Source: a virus. Taken from it: a stretch of DNA of 64,000 nucleotides. Under the pieces are notes generated by a model. The model worked only from the letters and a program-made list of their open reading frames with translations, searched no databases and had not been told where the DNA came from. The position numbers were made by a program, and so were the translations under genes. Position 1 is the stretch's first letter, and every line of letters starts with the position of its first letter. Below, piece by piece: positions 7,071 to 14,800 of this stretch. The stretch spans positions 1-64,000 of IMG/VR virus record IMGVR_UViG_3300022821_000013, one strand, 5' to 3'.

Positions 7071-7131
7071 TATTATCTTTTTAATTTTACTTCTATTAAT
7101 AAATAGAGATACGTTTTTTGTAAATTAATTA

Positions 7132-9237
7132 TTATTTTATATATTTTGAATTTATAGTTAGAACATCACTTGCTCTAACAACATTTTTATTATCTAACGT
7201 ATCATCCTCATACTCATCCGTAACATATAGCATATCAGCGTTATCAATGTCAAATGTTAATTGTGATGGTGCATAGTACATACTAAATAAGTCTTTTAAT
7301 GTAGTTTTATCAGTTAGATTAACTATAGACCTTAACACATCAGATACATTCACATCATTATTGATAACTGTGTTATGATGCATACCACCATTTCTAAAAT
7401 ATAAATCAGTCCAGATTATCTGTTTAGTTTCAATATCAAAGATAAATGGAACTGCTACCTTAGAATTTCCATCTAATTTCATAGAATACTTAACTGTTTT
7501 AGGATCATAAATCTCATTTGAATTAGGACGTTCTCTTAGCATAAAACCTGCGAAACATTCTTTATGTTCTTTAAATGTTGGGCCACTATAAACATTTATA
7601 TTTAATGTTATATATCTAACTTCTGATTTTACTACTTTATTCATAGTTATATCAATAAATTCAGATGCTCCATTTGGTGCTCGTGTAATATCACCAGAAT
7701 GTACTATTTCTAATTCTTTAATTTTTAATTGTTGAAATGAACAATGAGTTACCATTTCAAATTTATCATTATATAATGTAGCTGACAAATCAATATCTTG
7801 TCCTATCCAATGACAAAACATTCGTAAAGTTATATTTTTATTTTTATCTTCTAAATCAATCTTAGATCCTCTACCATAAGAGAATTGACCTTCCGATACA
7901 CTTCTTTGTTGTGTAGGTAATGTATATTGACTTAATCTTTCATCTATATATACTTTCTTACCTTCTGACGTTCCTTGTAATCTCAATCTTAAATGTGAGT
8001 TTATACAATTTAGATAGTCTTGTACTAATTGCAATTGCCAATCTGTAAATTTCTTAAATTGCACTCTTCTAACTTTAGATGTAGAACCTTTAGGAAATAC
8101 TAATCTACTATCATAACCTTTTAATATAACTTGTAAGTGTCCTTTAGCTTGTAATAATACTCGTGTTGATACTTCTGATATACATTCTTCTAAATTATCA
8201 ATACCTAATTTACCAGAGTTATATCCATCAGAGATATTAATTAAAGTTACTATGTTTCTTACGTATTCACCTGGTTTCTTCATTAGAGAATTAATAGCTG
8301 AATGATAGTCTTTATTTTTTAAAGATTCATTTATAATAGTGCTTAAACTCTCTACATTTTTATTATTTCTAAATGATCTCAATACATCTGAAAATTTGGA
8401 TTGTTTTAGAAATTCACCACAATGTAATGAATGTGTTAATTTAATCCATTTATTTTTATGTCTCTTGAAGTCATCTACGTTAAACACTTTATCAAGTCTA
8501 TTAGTTATTCTACGTCTAAGACTTTTAGATAATGATTTAAACTTGGTATTTTCAGTTAATGATACATCACCACCAGATAGATATGTACAGTAACGTAGTA
8601 TATCAGTTGGTGTTTTGAGTAATTCTAAATTATCAGTATATTCAACTACATAACATAAGTTTTCTTTATATGGAATATTTATAGTATTAATATCATATAT
8701 CTCTCCAAAGTGAGCTATTAATACCTTAACTGATTCCTTATCGAAATCAGATAGAGAATCATTAGTAGATAATAAATCACATAATATTTCTATCATACCA
8801 TTAATATCTATTATACCTATACGTTTGAAGTTTAATACGTCAATATCAGTTTGTCTTGGCTTTTTATCTATATCTGGATAGTATTCGCCTAATGACAAAT
8901 AATGTATTATAGCGTTAAAGTATAGCTCAAATTCAGACATATTATAAACTTCTTCTGGGAAGTTTGGATAAAATGTTTTATATGAACGTGCACCTTTAAA
9001 TTCTTCCAATATAAAAATTATATCAATTAAATTTAAGTTATATCGTAATACAAGTTTAAGTAAATGAGAATCTATCGTATAACCCAAATTATTCAATATT
9101 TGGTTATATGCTATAGTCTCTTTTATTGATTGTTTGTAATTATTAATATCAATATCTTCTAATACTGTAGAAGATGAGTCCATTATGAATATAGATGATC
9201 TATATTTTAATGCTATTTTTAATAGGTCTTTATTCAT
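7132..9237 (-). CDS. Ro/TROVE-like helical protein with C-terminal TerD domain
   Basis: N-terminal YKTFYPNFPEEVYNMSEFELYFNAIIHY, TPTDILRY, KPGEYVR motifs; C-terminal TerD signature DIDLSA...HSGDITRAPNGASEFIDI. TerD domain is well supported; Ro-like N-terminus is from family recall. Confidence 0.75.
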   Translation of the reverse strand: MNKDLLKIALKYRSSIFIMDSSSTVLEDIDINNYKQSIKETIAYNQILNNLGYTIDSHLLKLVLRYNLNLIDIIFILEEFKGARSYKTFYPNFPEEVYNMSEFELYFNAIIHYLSLGEYYPDIDKKPRQTDIDVLNFKRIGIIDINGMIEILCDLLSTNDSLSDFDKESVKVLIAHFGEIYDINTINIPYKENLCYVVEYTDNLELLKTPTDILRYCTYLSGGDVSLTENTKFKSLSKSLRRRITNRLDKVFNVDDFKRHKNKWIKLTHSLHCGEFLKQSKFSDVLRSFRNNKNVESLSTIINESLKNKDYHSAINSLMKKPGEYVRNIVTLINISDGYNSGKLGIDNLEECISEVSTRVLLQAKGHLQVILKGYDSRLVFPKGSTSKVRRVQFKKFTDWQLQLVQDYLNCINSHLRLRLQGTSEGKKVYIDERLSQYTLPTQQRSVSEGQFSYGRGSKIDLEDKNKNITLRMFCHWIGQDIDLSATLYNDKFEMVTHCSFQQLKIKELEIVHSGDITRAPNGASEFIDITMNKVVKSEVRYITLNINVYSGPTFKEHKECFAGFMLRERPNSNEIYDPKTVKYSMKLDGNSKVAVPFIFDIETKQIIWTDLYFRNGGMHHNTVINNDVNVSDVLRSIVNLTDKTTLKDLFSMYYAPSQLTFDIDNADMLYVTDEYEDDTLDNKNVVRASDVLTINSKYIK

Positions 9238-9262
9238 TTAAAGATTTCCTTATTATTAAATA

Positions 9263-9401
9263 TTAAATTGTGATTATGAAATCGTTTTATACTTCTGCTC
9301 TACCAACTGAGCTACTAACCGATTATTACGATTAGGTAGGACTCGAACCTACGACCTGAAGTTCCTTAATGTTAGAAGTATGATTTCATATAGCAATTTA
9401 A
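9263..9401 (-). ncRNA. Y-RNA-like (YrlA-type architecture) tRNA mimic, array unit 4
   Basis: Terminal stem with conserved array motifs encloses a T-arm (GTAGG-TTCGAGT-CCTAC) placed before a D-arm (TAGCTCAGTTGGTAGAGC), i.e. a circularly permuted tRNA with no anticodon loop. Confidence 0.8.
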
Positions 9402-9410
9402 GTAAAAAAT

Positions 9411-9472
9411 GTCTGTAATTGAAATTTCGATTAATATCCAAAATTATAGAAGTATGAAATTTCATAGCAGAC
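9411..9472 (-). ncRNA. short stem-loop ncRNA, array unit 3
   Basis: GTCTG-CTA-TGAAATTTC-ATACTTCTA-loop-CGAAATTTCA-ATTA-CAGAC. Confidence 0.75.
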
Positions 9473-9493
9473 TTAAATTAATTTTAAAAGAAA

Positions 9494-9561
9494 GGGTTGT
9501 AATTATAAAAACGTAGTTTGCGTTTTGTATATTTTAGAAGTATGTTTCTATATAGCAACCC
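9494..9561 (-). ncRNA. short stem-loop ncRNA, array unit 2
   Basis: GGGTTG-CTA-TATAGAAAC-ATACTTCTA-loop-CGTTTTTATA-ATTA-CAACCC. Confidence 0.75.
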
Positions 9562-9568
9562 ATAGTAT

Positions 9569-9644
9569 TATTTGTAATTGATATTTCGTTTCTTGTTATA
9601 TTCATGGTATAGTAGTTTAGAAGTATGAAATATCATAGCAAACA
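9569..9644 (-). ncRNA. short stem-loop ncRNA, array unit 1
   Basis: TGTTTG-CTA-TGATATTTC-ATACTTCTA-loop-CGAAATATCA-ATTA-CAAATA. Confidence 0.75.
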
Positions 9645-9676
9645 GTTTAATTTTTATTTTGTGTCAATTCTTAATA

Positions 9677-9707
9677 CAAACTTACGAAAAAGAAATGACA
9701 TATCCTA
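9677..9707 (-). promoter_or_regulatory. Bacteroidota-type promoter driving the ncRNA array and Ro-like gene
   Basis: TTTCTTTTTCG-TAAGTTTG -7 element; the -33 element is degenerate (TAGG). Confidence 0.75.
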
Positions 9708-9717
9708 ATTTTATTTT

Positions 9718-10614
9718 TTAGTCAAATAACTTATCTATAATTTTAGCTACATAAGTAGAATTAATATCTTCTTTCTTAGAATCTTGTAATATATCTACTA
9801 ACGCATACATATATGCTTGATCAACACCAGTTAATTGTTCAGTTAAGACATTAATATCAGACATATCTATTTCAGATATTTGCCACATTATTTTTAATTG
9901 TTCTCCAGCAGATATTCTCCAACCACGTTCTAAGAACTTCTTAGTTCTAAATATAGATGCTATTGGATATAAACTACCTTTATATACTAAAGTCCTCGAT
10001 AACAAGCATTCTAATGCTTCTGGGTGCAATACCAACGTATCATTATCATAATCATAATAATTCATAGCATGAACAAAATCATAATTACTATGGATAGTTT
10101 GTGGATCACCATAAAATCTAGTTACTAATTGAATCTTATCTGTTAATGTTATAGCATTACTTGATATGAACACAGGTGCATATTTACCATTTTCATCTGT
10201 AACAAAATCACCGAAATCATCAGAATCTGTTTCATTTGTTACGATACCCTTACCACCTCTTGCTTCAATATAAACTCTATCTTCATCTACACCTTTAATA
10301 TTACAAATAGACTTTTCAATTACATTCATAGGAACTTCATCTAATTTATTAGATACTCTAATACTATTTAATTTATTAATGTAATATTTAGCTACTTGTA
10401 TATTGCAATCTTTAGTTTTAAAATATATATCATAATCATTTACTGGATCACCTAATAACATAGATGCTATAGAGCCACCAGTTACGATTGTATTTTTTCT
10501 ACATAATTTTTGTATATTCTCATCATCTATACTATCTATCCAATTAGATACTTTTTTATTTAGTTCCTTTCTGATACCTGATTTCTTTCTACCATATTTA
10601 ATATCTACACTCAT
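9718..10614 (-). CDS. pol-beta superfamily nucleotidyltransferase-like protein
   Basis: TGGSIASMLLGDPVNDYDIYF (GG...DxD) and YDFVHA motifs, reminiscent of the CCA/poly(A) polymerase head. Confidence 0.7.
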   Translation of the reverse strand: MSVDIKYGRKKSGIRKELNKKVSNWIDSIDDENIQKLCRKNTIVTGGSIASMLLGDPVNDYDIYFKTKDCNIQVAKYYINKLNSIRVSNKLDEVPMNVIEKSICNIKGVDEDRVYIEARGGKGIVTNETDSDDFGDFVTDENGKYAPVFISSNAITLTDKIQLVTRFYGDPQTIHSNYDFVHAMNYYDYDNDTLVLHPEALECLLSRTLVYKGSLYPIASIFRTKKFLERGWRISAGEQLKIMWQISEIDMSDINVLTEQLTGVDQAYMYALVDILQDSKKEDINSTYVAKIIDKLFD

Positions 10615-10674
10615 TATATTTACTCTTTTTGTTAATGTTAAAACTTAATTACTTTCTTTCTGAAAGATAATTTA

Positions 10675-10705
10675 CAAACTTACGGAATTATTTATTAACT
10701 TCCAA
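10675..10705 (-). promoter_or_regulatory. Bacteroidota-type promoter
   Basis: TTG-N20-TAAGTTTG. Confidence 0.75.
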
Positions 10706-10708
10706 ATT

Positions 10709-10960
10709 TTATTTTTTGTTAGGTCGATTATCTATTATAGTACCATCATTACGTTCATAATAAATTTCATTACCATTAAAATCAAATTCTTTTTTTGCCC
10801 ATTCACCGTAACTATTTCAATATAAATACAGTCACCTTTAGAATCATATTTATACATTTGCCAATTTTCATTAATATCTTTATGATAAATTACACGATTG
10901 TTAAAATCTCGTACTCTTATAGTATAACCATCTGAATTATTTTAAGTTCTTTAGCTTCAT
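10709..10960 (-). pseudogene. frameshifted 23-aa-repeat family member
   Basis: MKLKNL... then RVIYHKDINENWQMYKYDSKGDCIYIE / GEWAKKEFDFNGNEIYYERNDGTIIDNRPNKK* in different frames; two frameshifts (could be assembly errors). Confidence 0.6.
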
Positions 10961-11480
10961 TTATAATATTATTAATTAACAAATGCATTTCAGTCTCACT
11001 AAACACACGATTGAGTTCAGCAGTAACCCTATCTATATCTTTTCTTTTATGTTCTACCCAGAATTCGTAGATGTCCTCTTTGAAGTTCTCATATTCACTT
11101 GATGATATAACATTATCTACCATCAGTTCCATATCAAGATAACTTAATATAGCACATAGACTGGAATCGTACTTATGTTTAATCTTATTTAATTCCTTTA
11201 GTGTATCATTCTCATCAAATACCAATTCTAACATATTAAATGATAATCTAGATTTATTAATAATATCTTCAAATATAGATTTAGATATTACTGGATCCAT
11301 ACTCGGATTTAACATTGTAATCGTACATTCAATTAATTTATTTAGTAATAACGAATTACATCTAACGTAATACAAAACATTAAGACGTTTGGATTCTTTT
11401 TTTTGTTTCTTAGTTGGTTCTGGTGTATTTCTACAACCACAATTATCATCCTTTTCACCATAATATGAATAGCATGGCAT
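10917..11480 (-). CDS. hypothetical protein
   Basis: 187 aa ORF starting MPC. Confidence 0.75.
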   Translation of the reverse strand: MPCYSYYGEKDDNCGCRNTPEPTKKQKKESKRLNVLYYVRCNSLLLNKLIECTITMLNPSMDPVISKSIFEDIINKSRLSFNMLELVFDENDTLKELNKIKHKYDSSLCAILSYLDMELMVDNVISSSEYENFKEDIYEFWVEHKRKDIDRVTAELNRVFSETEMHLLINNIINEAKELKIIQMVIL

Positions 11481-11483
11481 ATT

Positions 11484-11690
11484 TCACTCCTTAATTAATT
11501 TCCATTTTACATAATTATAAAAAATACGTATATAACTAAATTCATTCCCATAACGCCTATAATAATCTTCGTTTATAGGTTGGAAACTATTATAAAAATT
11601 ATAAGCAAATTTCATATTCACTGTTTGTGGTGGATATAAATCTACCTCTATATGATCATCTCTGAAGTATATAAAGTCATGCTCATCCAT
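11484..11690 (-). CDS. small hypothetical protein, paralogue of the next ORF
   Basis: Shares MDE...FYN.F...YG...Y.RI...YVKWKLI with 11683..11898. Confidence 0.7.
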   Translation of the reverse strand: MDEHDFIYFRDDHIEVDLYPPQTVNMKFAYNFYNSFQPINEDYYRRYGNEFSYIRIFYNYVKWKLIKE

Positions 11691-11898
11691 TAATTAATTT
11701 CCATTTTACGTATGATTCGTATATTCTATTATATTCAATCTGATAGCCATAGATGGAATATGGAACTCTATGATCACCAGTCACCAAAAAATTATAAAAC
11801 ATTATAACTATAGTTCTGTTTGATCTCGGTTCTTGTATTGAATGTATATAAATATAATCCACAACAAAAGCGATGTGTGTGACTACTGGTTCATCCAT
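11683..11898 (-). CDS. small hypothetical protein
   Basis: Tandem paralogue of 11484..11690. Confidence 0.7.
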   Translation of the reverse strand: MDEPVVTHIAFVVDYIYIHSIQEPRSNRTIVIMFYNFLVTGDHRVPYSIYGYQIEYNRIYESYVKWKLING

Positions 11899-12560
11899 TC
11901 ATATAACCTATATGTAGTATAAACATCTTTCTCACAATACTCATATATAAGCTCTATATCACCACCAGATTTGATAAATGGTACTAAATTACCACCATTG
12001 ACTATATCGGTCTTAGGTGTGTCTATATTAGCCTCATAACACGCTTGTTCTAATGATGGTGTTATAACACCACCGAAGTTAGAAGTAAATGTTAATTTTT
12101 GCTTAGTATCATATATATAATGTAAATTCCATGGTTTTTTACCTACTACGTGTAGATATTTAGGTAAATTCTTATATGGAATCCCATTTACCATAGCACG
12201 TCTAATTATAAATGGTAAATCAAATTGTAGTATGTTATGACCTACTATAAAATCTATATAGTTCTCTAGTAATTCATTGAACTGTCCTATTATTTCGGAC
12301 TCTTCACCTTTTAATGTTCCAGTGTGTAATTCCCCATCATTATCATATATAAATGATATACATAATATCTTTGCAAATGTAGGATATAATGACGAAGAAC
12401 TATCCCATAATAGATCGTATCTATTTAATTCATCTTCGTATTCTGGCTTTTTATTTAATTTGTAATTACAAAACCGTTCCCATATAGGTATTAATAGTTC
12501 ATCTTCTTTGTAAGAATCATATATTGGATATGTTTCTATATCAAAATATAAATTGTTCAT
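11883..12560 (-). CDS. DnaQ-like 3'-5' exonuclease (PolB-exo-related)
   Basis: FDIET, GHNILQFDLPFI and YCEKDV Exo I/II/III motifs. Confidence 0.88.
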   Translation of the reverse strand: MNNLYFDIETYPIYDSYKEDELLIPIWERFCNYKLNKKPEYEDELNRYDLLWDSSSSLYPTFAKILCISFIYDNDGELHTGTLKGEESEIIGQFNELLENYIDFIVGHNILQFDLPFIIRRAMVNGIPYKNLPKYLHVVGKKPWNLHYIYDTKQKLTFTSNFGGVITPSLEQACYEANIDTPKTDIVNGGNLVPFIKSGGDIELIYEYCEKDVYTTYRLYEWMNQ

Positions 12561-12585
12561 TGTTTCCTCTGTATTAAAATAATTA

Positions 12586-12616
12586 CAAACTTACGAAAAT
12601 AAATCGATATAAACAA
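12586..12616 (-). promoter_or_regulatory. Bacteroidota-type promoter
   Basis: TTG-N20-TAAGTTTG. Confidence 0.8.
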
Positions 12617-12619
12617 ATT

Positions 12620-13003
12620 TTATTTTTTGTTAGGTCTTTCGTCAAATATAGTTCCATCACTACTTTCAAAATAAATTCCTATATTATTAGAATTATATTC
12701 TTGTTTTACCCAATATCCATCATCAGTTTCCCAATAAACTCGATTGTTATTAGAATCAAATTCCTTTTTTGACCAATATCCATCACTATTTTCATAATAA
12801 ATTTCATTATTATTAGAATCAAATTCGCTTTTTACCCAAAATCCATTACTATCTTCATAATAAATTCTATTGTTATTAGAATCAAATTCGCTTTTTACCC
12901 AAAATCCATTACTATCTTCATAATAAATTTTATTATTATTATTAGAATGGAATATTTGAATAATAGATGTGATTTCATCAATATATAATTTTTTAAGTAT
13001 CAT
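12620..13003 (-). CDS. 23-aa tandem repeat protein (MILKKLYID N-terminus)
   Basis: ORF-track extension MFISIYFRKFVI is translated promoter sequence; true start most likely 13003. Confidence 0.85.
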   Translation of the reverse strand: MILKKLYIDEITSIIQIFHSNNNNKIYYEDSNGFWVKSEFDSNNNRIYYEDSNGFWVKSEFDSNNNEIYYENSDGYWSKKEFDSNNNRVYWETDDGYWVKQEYNSNNIGIYFESSDGTIFDERPNKK

Positions 13004-13008
13004 AATTA

Positions 13009-13039
13009 CAAATTTACGAAAATAAATCGATATAAACAA
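13009..13039 (-). promoter_or_regulatory. Bacteroidota-type promoter, near-identical to 12586-12616
   Basis: TTG-N20-TAAATTTG, 5 nt from the ATG. Confidence 0.75.
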
Positions 13040-13047
13040 ATTTTATT

Positions 13048-13428
13048 TTAGATAGGAGTGTTACGTGGGTAAAATGTTACATTACCATCATTCGTGTTCA
13101 CTGTTGTACCACTAGAATTGATTGATACTATATAACCATCTTTAGTTACATAACCACAAATATCATATGTTTTTGGATCATATATAGTATCTTTATATGG
13201 CCATATCCCAAGTAACCTTAGATCTTCTGGGTTATCAGTGATTACACCACTACGCATTGAATCTACTACTGCATCTTGAAGTGCTTCATTAACACCAGAA
13301 CATATAATTACATTACTCATATCAAAGTTATGTTCTTGACAGAATGCGATTATACTATTTAAGTTGTAATCTGATTGTAATTTGAATTTTACTTTTTCGT
13401 TATTTGATTCATATTCTACGCTTATCAT
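13048..13428 (-). CDS. hypothetical protein
   Basis: 126 aa ORF, translationally coupled. Confidence 0.7.
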   Translation of the reverse strand: MISVEYESNNEKVKFKLQSDYNLNSIIAFCQEHNFDMSNVIICSGVNEALQDAVVDSMRSGVITDNPEDLRLLGIWPYKDTIYDPKTYDICGYVTKDGYIVSINSSGTTVNTNDGNVTFYPRNTPI

Positions 13429-13610
13429 ATATCACCATTTAGTTTTGTAAATAATATTATTTGGTTGGTTTCTTCATCTATATTAAGTCTTGATATATTT
13501 TTATCTTCTCTTGAATTATCATTATTAATTTCCGATGATACTACATCATAAGTATCATAATAGTTATCTGGTAAGTCATTTAGCCATTGTTTTAGTTCAG
13601 TTAACGTCAT
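13425..13610 (-). CDS. hypothetical protein
   Basis: 61 aa ORF MTLTELKQWL, coupled on both sides. Confidence 0.7.
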   Translation of the reverse strand: MTLTELKQWLNDLPDNYYDTYDVVSSEINNDNSREDKNISRLNIDEETNQIILFTKLNGDI

Positions 13611-14800
13611 TACTTCCTTATTATTAGTTCTTTGTTATAATCAGTCATAGACTTTATATCTAATTTTAGATTGCCAATTATAGATTCACCTATAACACCA
13701 GAATCTTGTATTATTGCACTTAACATAGTTATATAACTATAATCTTCTTTTGTGAATGTTCCTACGTCTATAGTTATATTAATATCTGATGTTTCTGTCG
13801 TGTTAAACTTAGCATTTAGATCAAAATCTGTTTCTAATTGACGTTTGTTTATATACTCATTAACTATGTTATTATCTACATTTATATAATCAAACCAAGG
13901 TTCCAATAAATGTAAATAATCTTGTATTTGTGTATCATTCATTAAATTCAGATTGTTAATATTCAATAACTTTCTATAACGTGGATATATTATAGGTTTC
14001 ATATATTCGTCATGAGTTACCATTCTACTCCACTTACGAATGAAATTCCTAGTTGATTTTTGATTTTGCTTTAGCCATTCATCACTTTCGGTTCCAACAT
14101 TTGTTATAGTTGGATTAAATCTACTACCCCTACATGTCATGTGATACACGTATCCATCCCAAGTTTGTATAAACTTAACACCGTTTAATTGGAATCTATC
14201 GAAAATATCCGAATCCTCTTTACTCTGAGGCTTATATAATGGGTCATGGCCATTTATATTCTGAAAATCTTCCTTGTAAAACGCCCACGGAGCAAATATA
14301 CCCTCTGTGACCTTACCTTTATATTCTTTAATTAGTTTAGTGTTGAATTTTAAAAATGATTTTTCATCAAACTCTTCAGTTTCGATACCAAATCCATTTA
14401 ATACCTTTTCTACTCCATCTGGATGTAATGGTGGTTCAATCCGTGTTAATGATACAATAGTACCTTTTTTTATATGTTTCTCAATAGCATCCAATGCTTT
14501 AGGTGCTAAATACATATCAGCATGAAATATAATGGCTATATCATTAGTTGATACATCATTTACCAGTGTATCATATAAAATGGTATGTCCAATTCTATCA
14601 CCAGACTCATTACGTATAGCTTTGAAATTGGGATCATTAGACATTATCTGTTGACACCATTCCCAAGTACCATCATTAGAATTATCGTCAGCAACACATA
14701 TTTCTACGATATGCTTACCTTGATTTTTTCTAATTGATTCATATGACCATTTTAAATATTTTAAATTATTTCGGCTTGGTTGTATAAACGAAATTTCCAT
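13610..14800 (-). CDS. GT2 family glycosyltransferase
   Basis: ISFIQPSRN, VADDNSNDGT, HADMY, INGHDP...KEDSD motifs. Confidence 0.85.
   Translation of the reverse strand: MEISFIQPSRNNLKYLKWSYESIRKNQGKHIVEICVADDNSNDGTWEWCQQIMSNDPNFKAIRNESGDRIGHTILYDTLVNDVSTNDIAIIFHADMYLAPKALDAIEKHIKKGTIVSLTRIEPPLHPDGVEKVLNGFGIETEEFDEKSFLKFNTKLIKEYKGKVTEGIFAPWAFYKEDFQNINGHDPLYKPQSKEDSDIFDRFQLNGVKFIQTWDGYVYHMTCRGSRFNPTITNVGTESDEWLKQNQKSTRNFIRKWSRMVTHDEYMKPIIYPRYRKLLNINNLNLMNDTQIQDYLHLLEPWFDYINVDNNIVNEYINKRQLETDFDLNAKFNTTETSDINITIDVGTFTKEDYSYITMLSAIIQDSGVIGESIIGNLKLDIKSMTDYNKELIIRK

Noticed and set aside
9290-9360. Ordinary tRNA gene
   Set aside because: The T-arm precedes the D-arm and there is no anticodon loop; treated as a tRNA mimic.
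9263-9644. CRISPR array interpretation of the recurring TAGAAGTATG...ATAGCA motif
   Set aside because: The conserved parts are short and interrupted by co-varying stems, unit lengths vary from 62 to 139 nt, and there is no cas operon; it fits structured RNA units better.
13004-13039. N-terminal extension MFISIYFRKFVI of ORF 12620..13039
   Set aside because: It is the promoter motif read in frame; the paralogue at 27455 starts at MILKKL.
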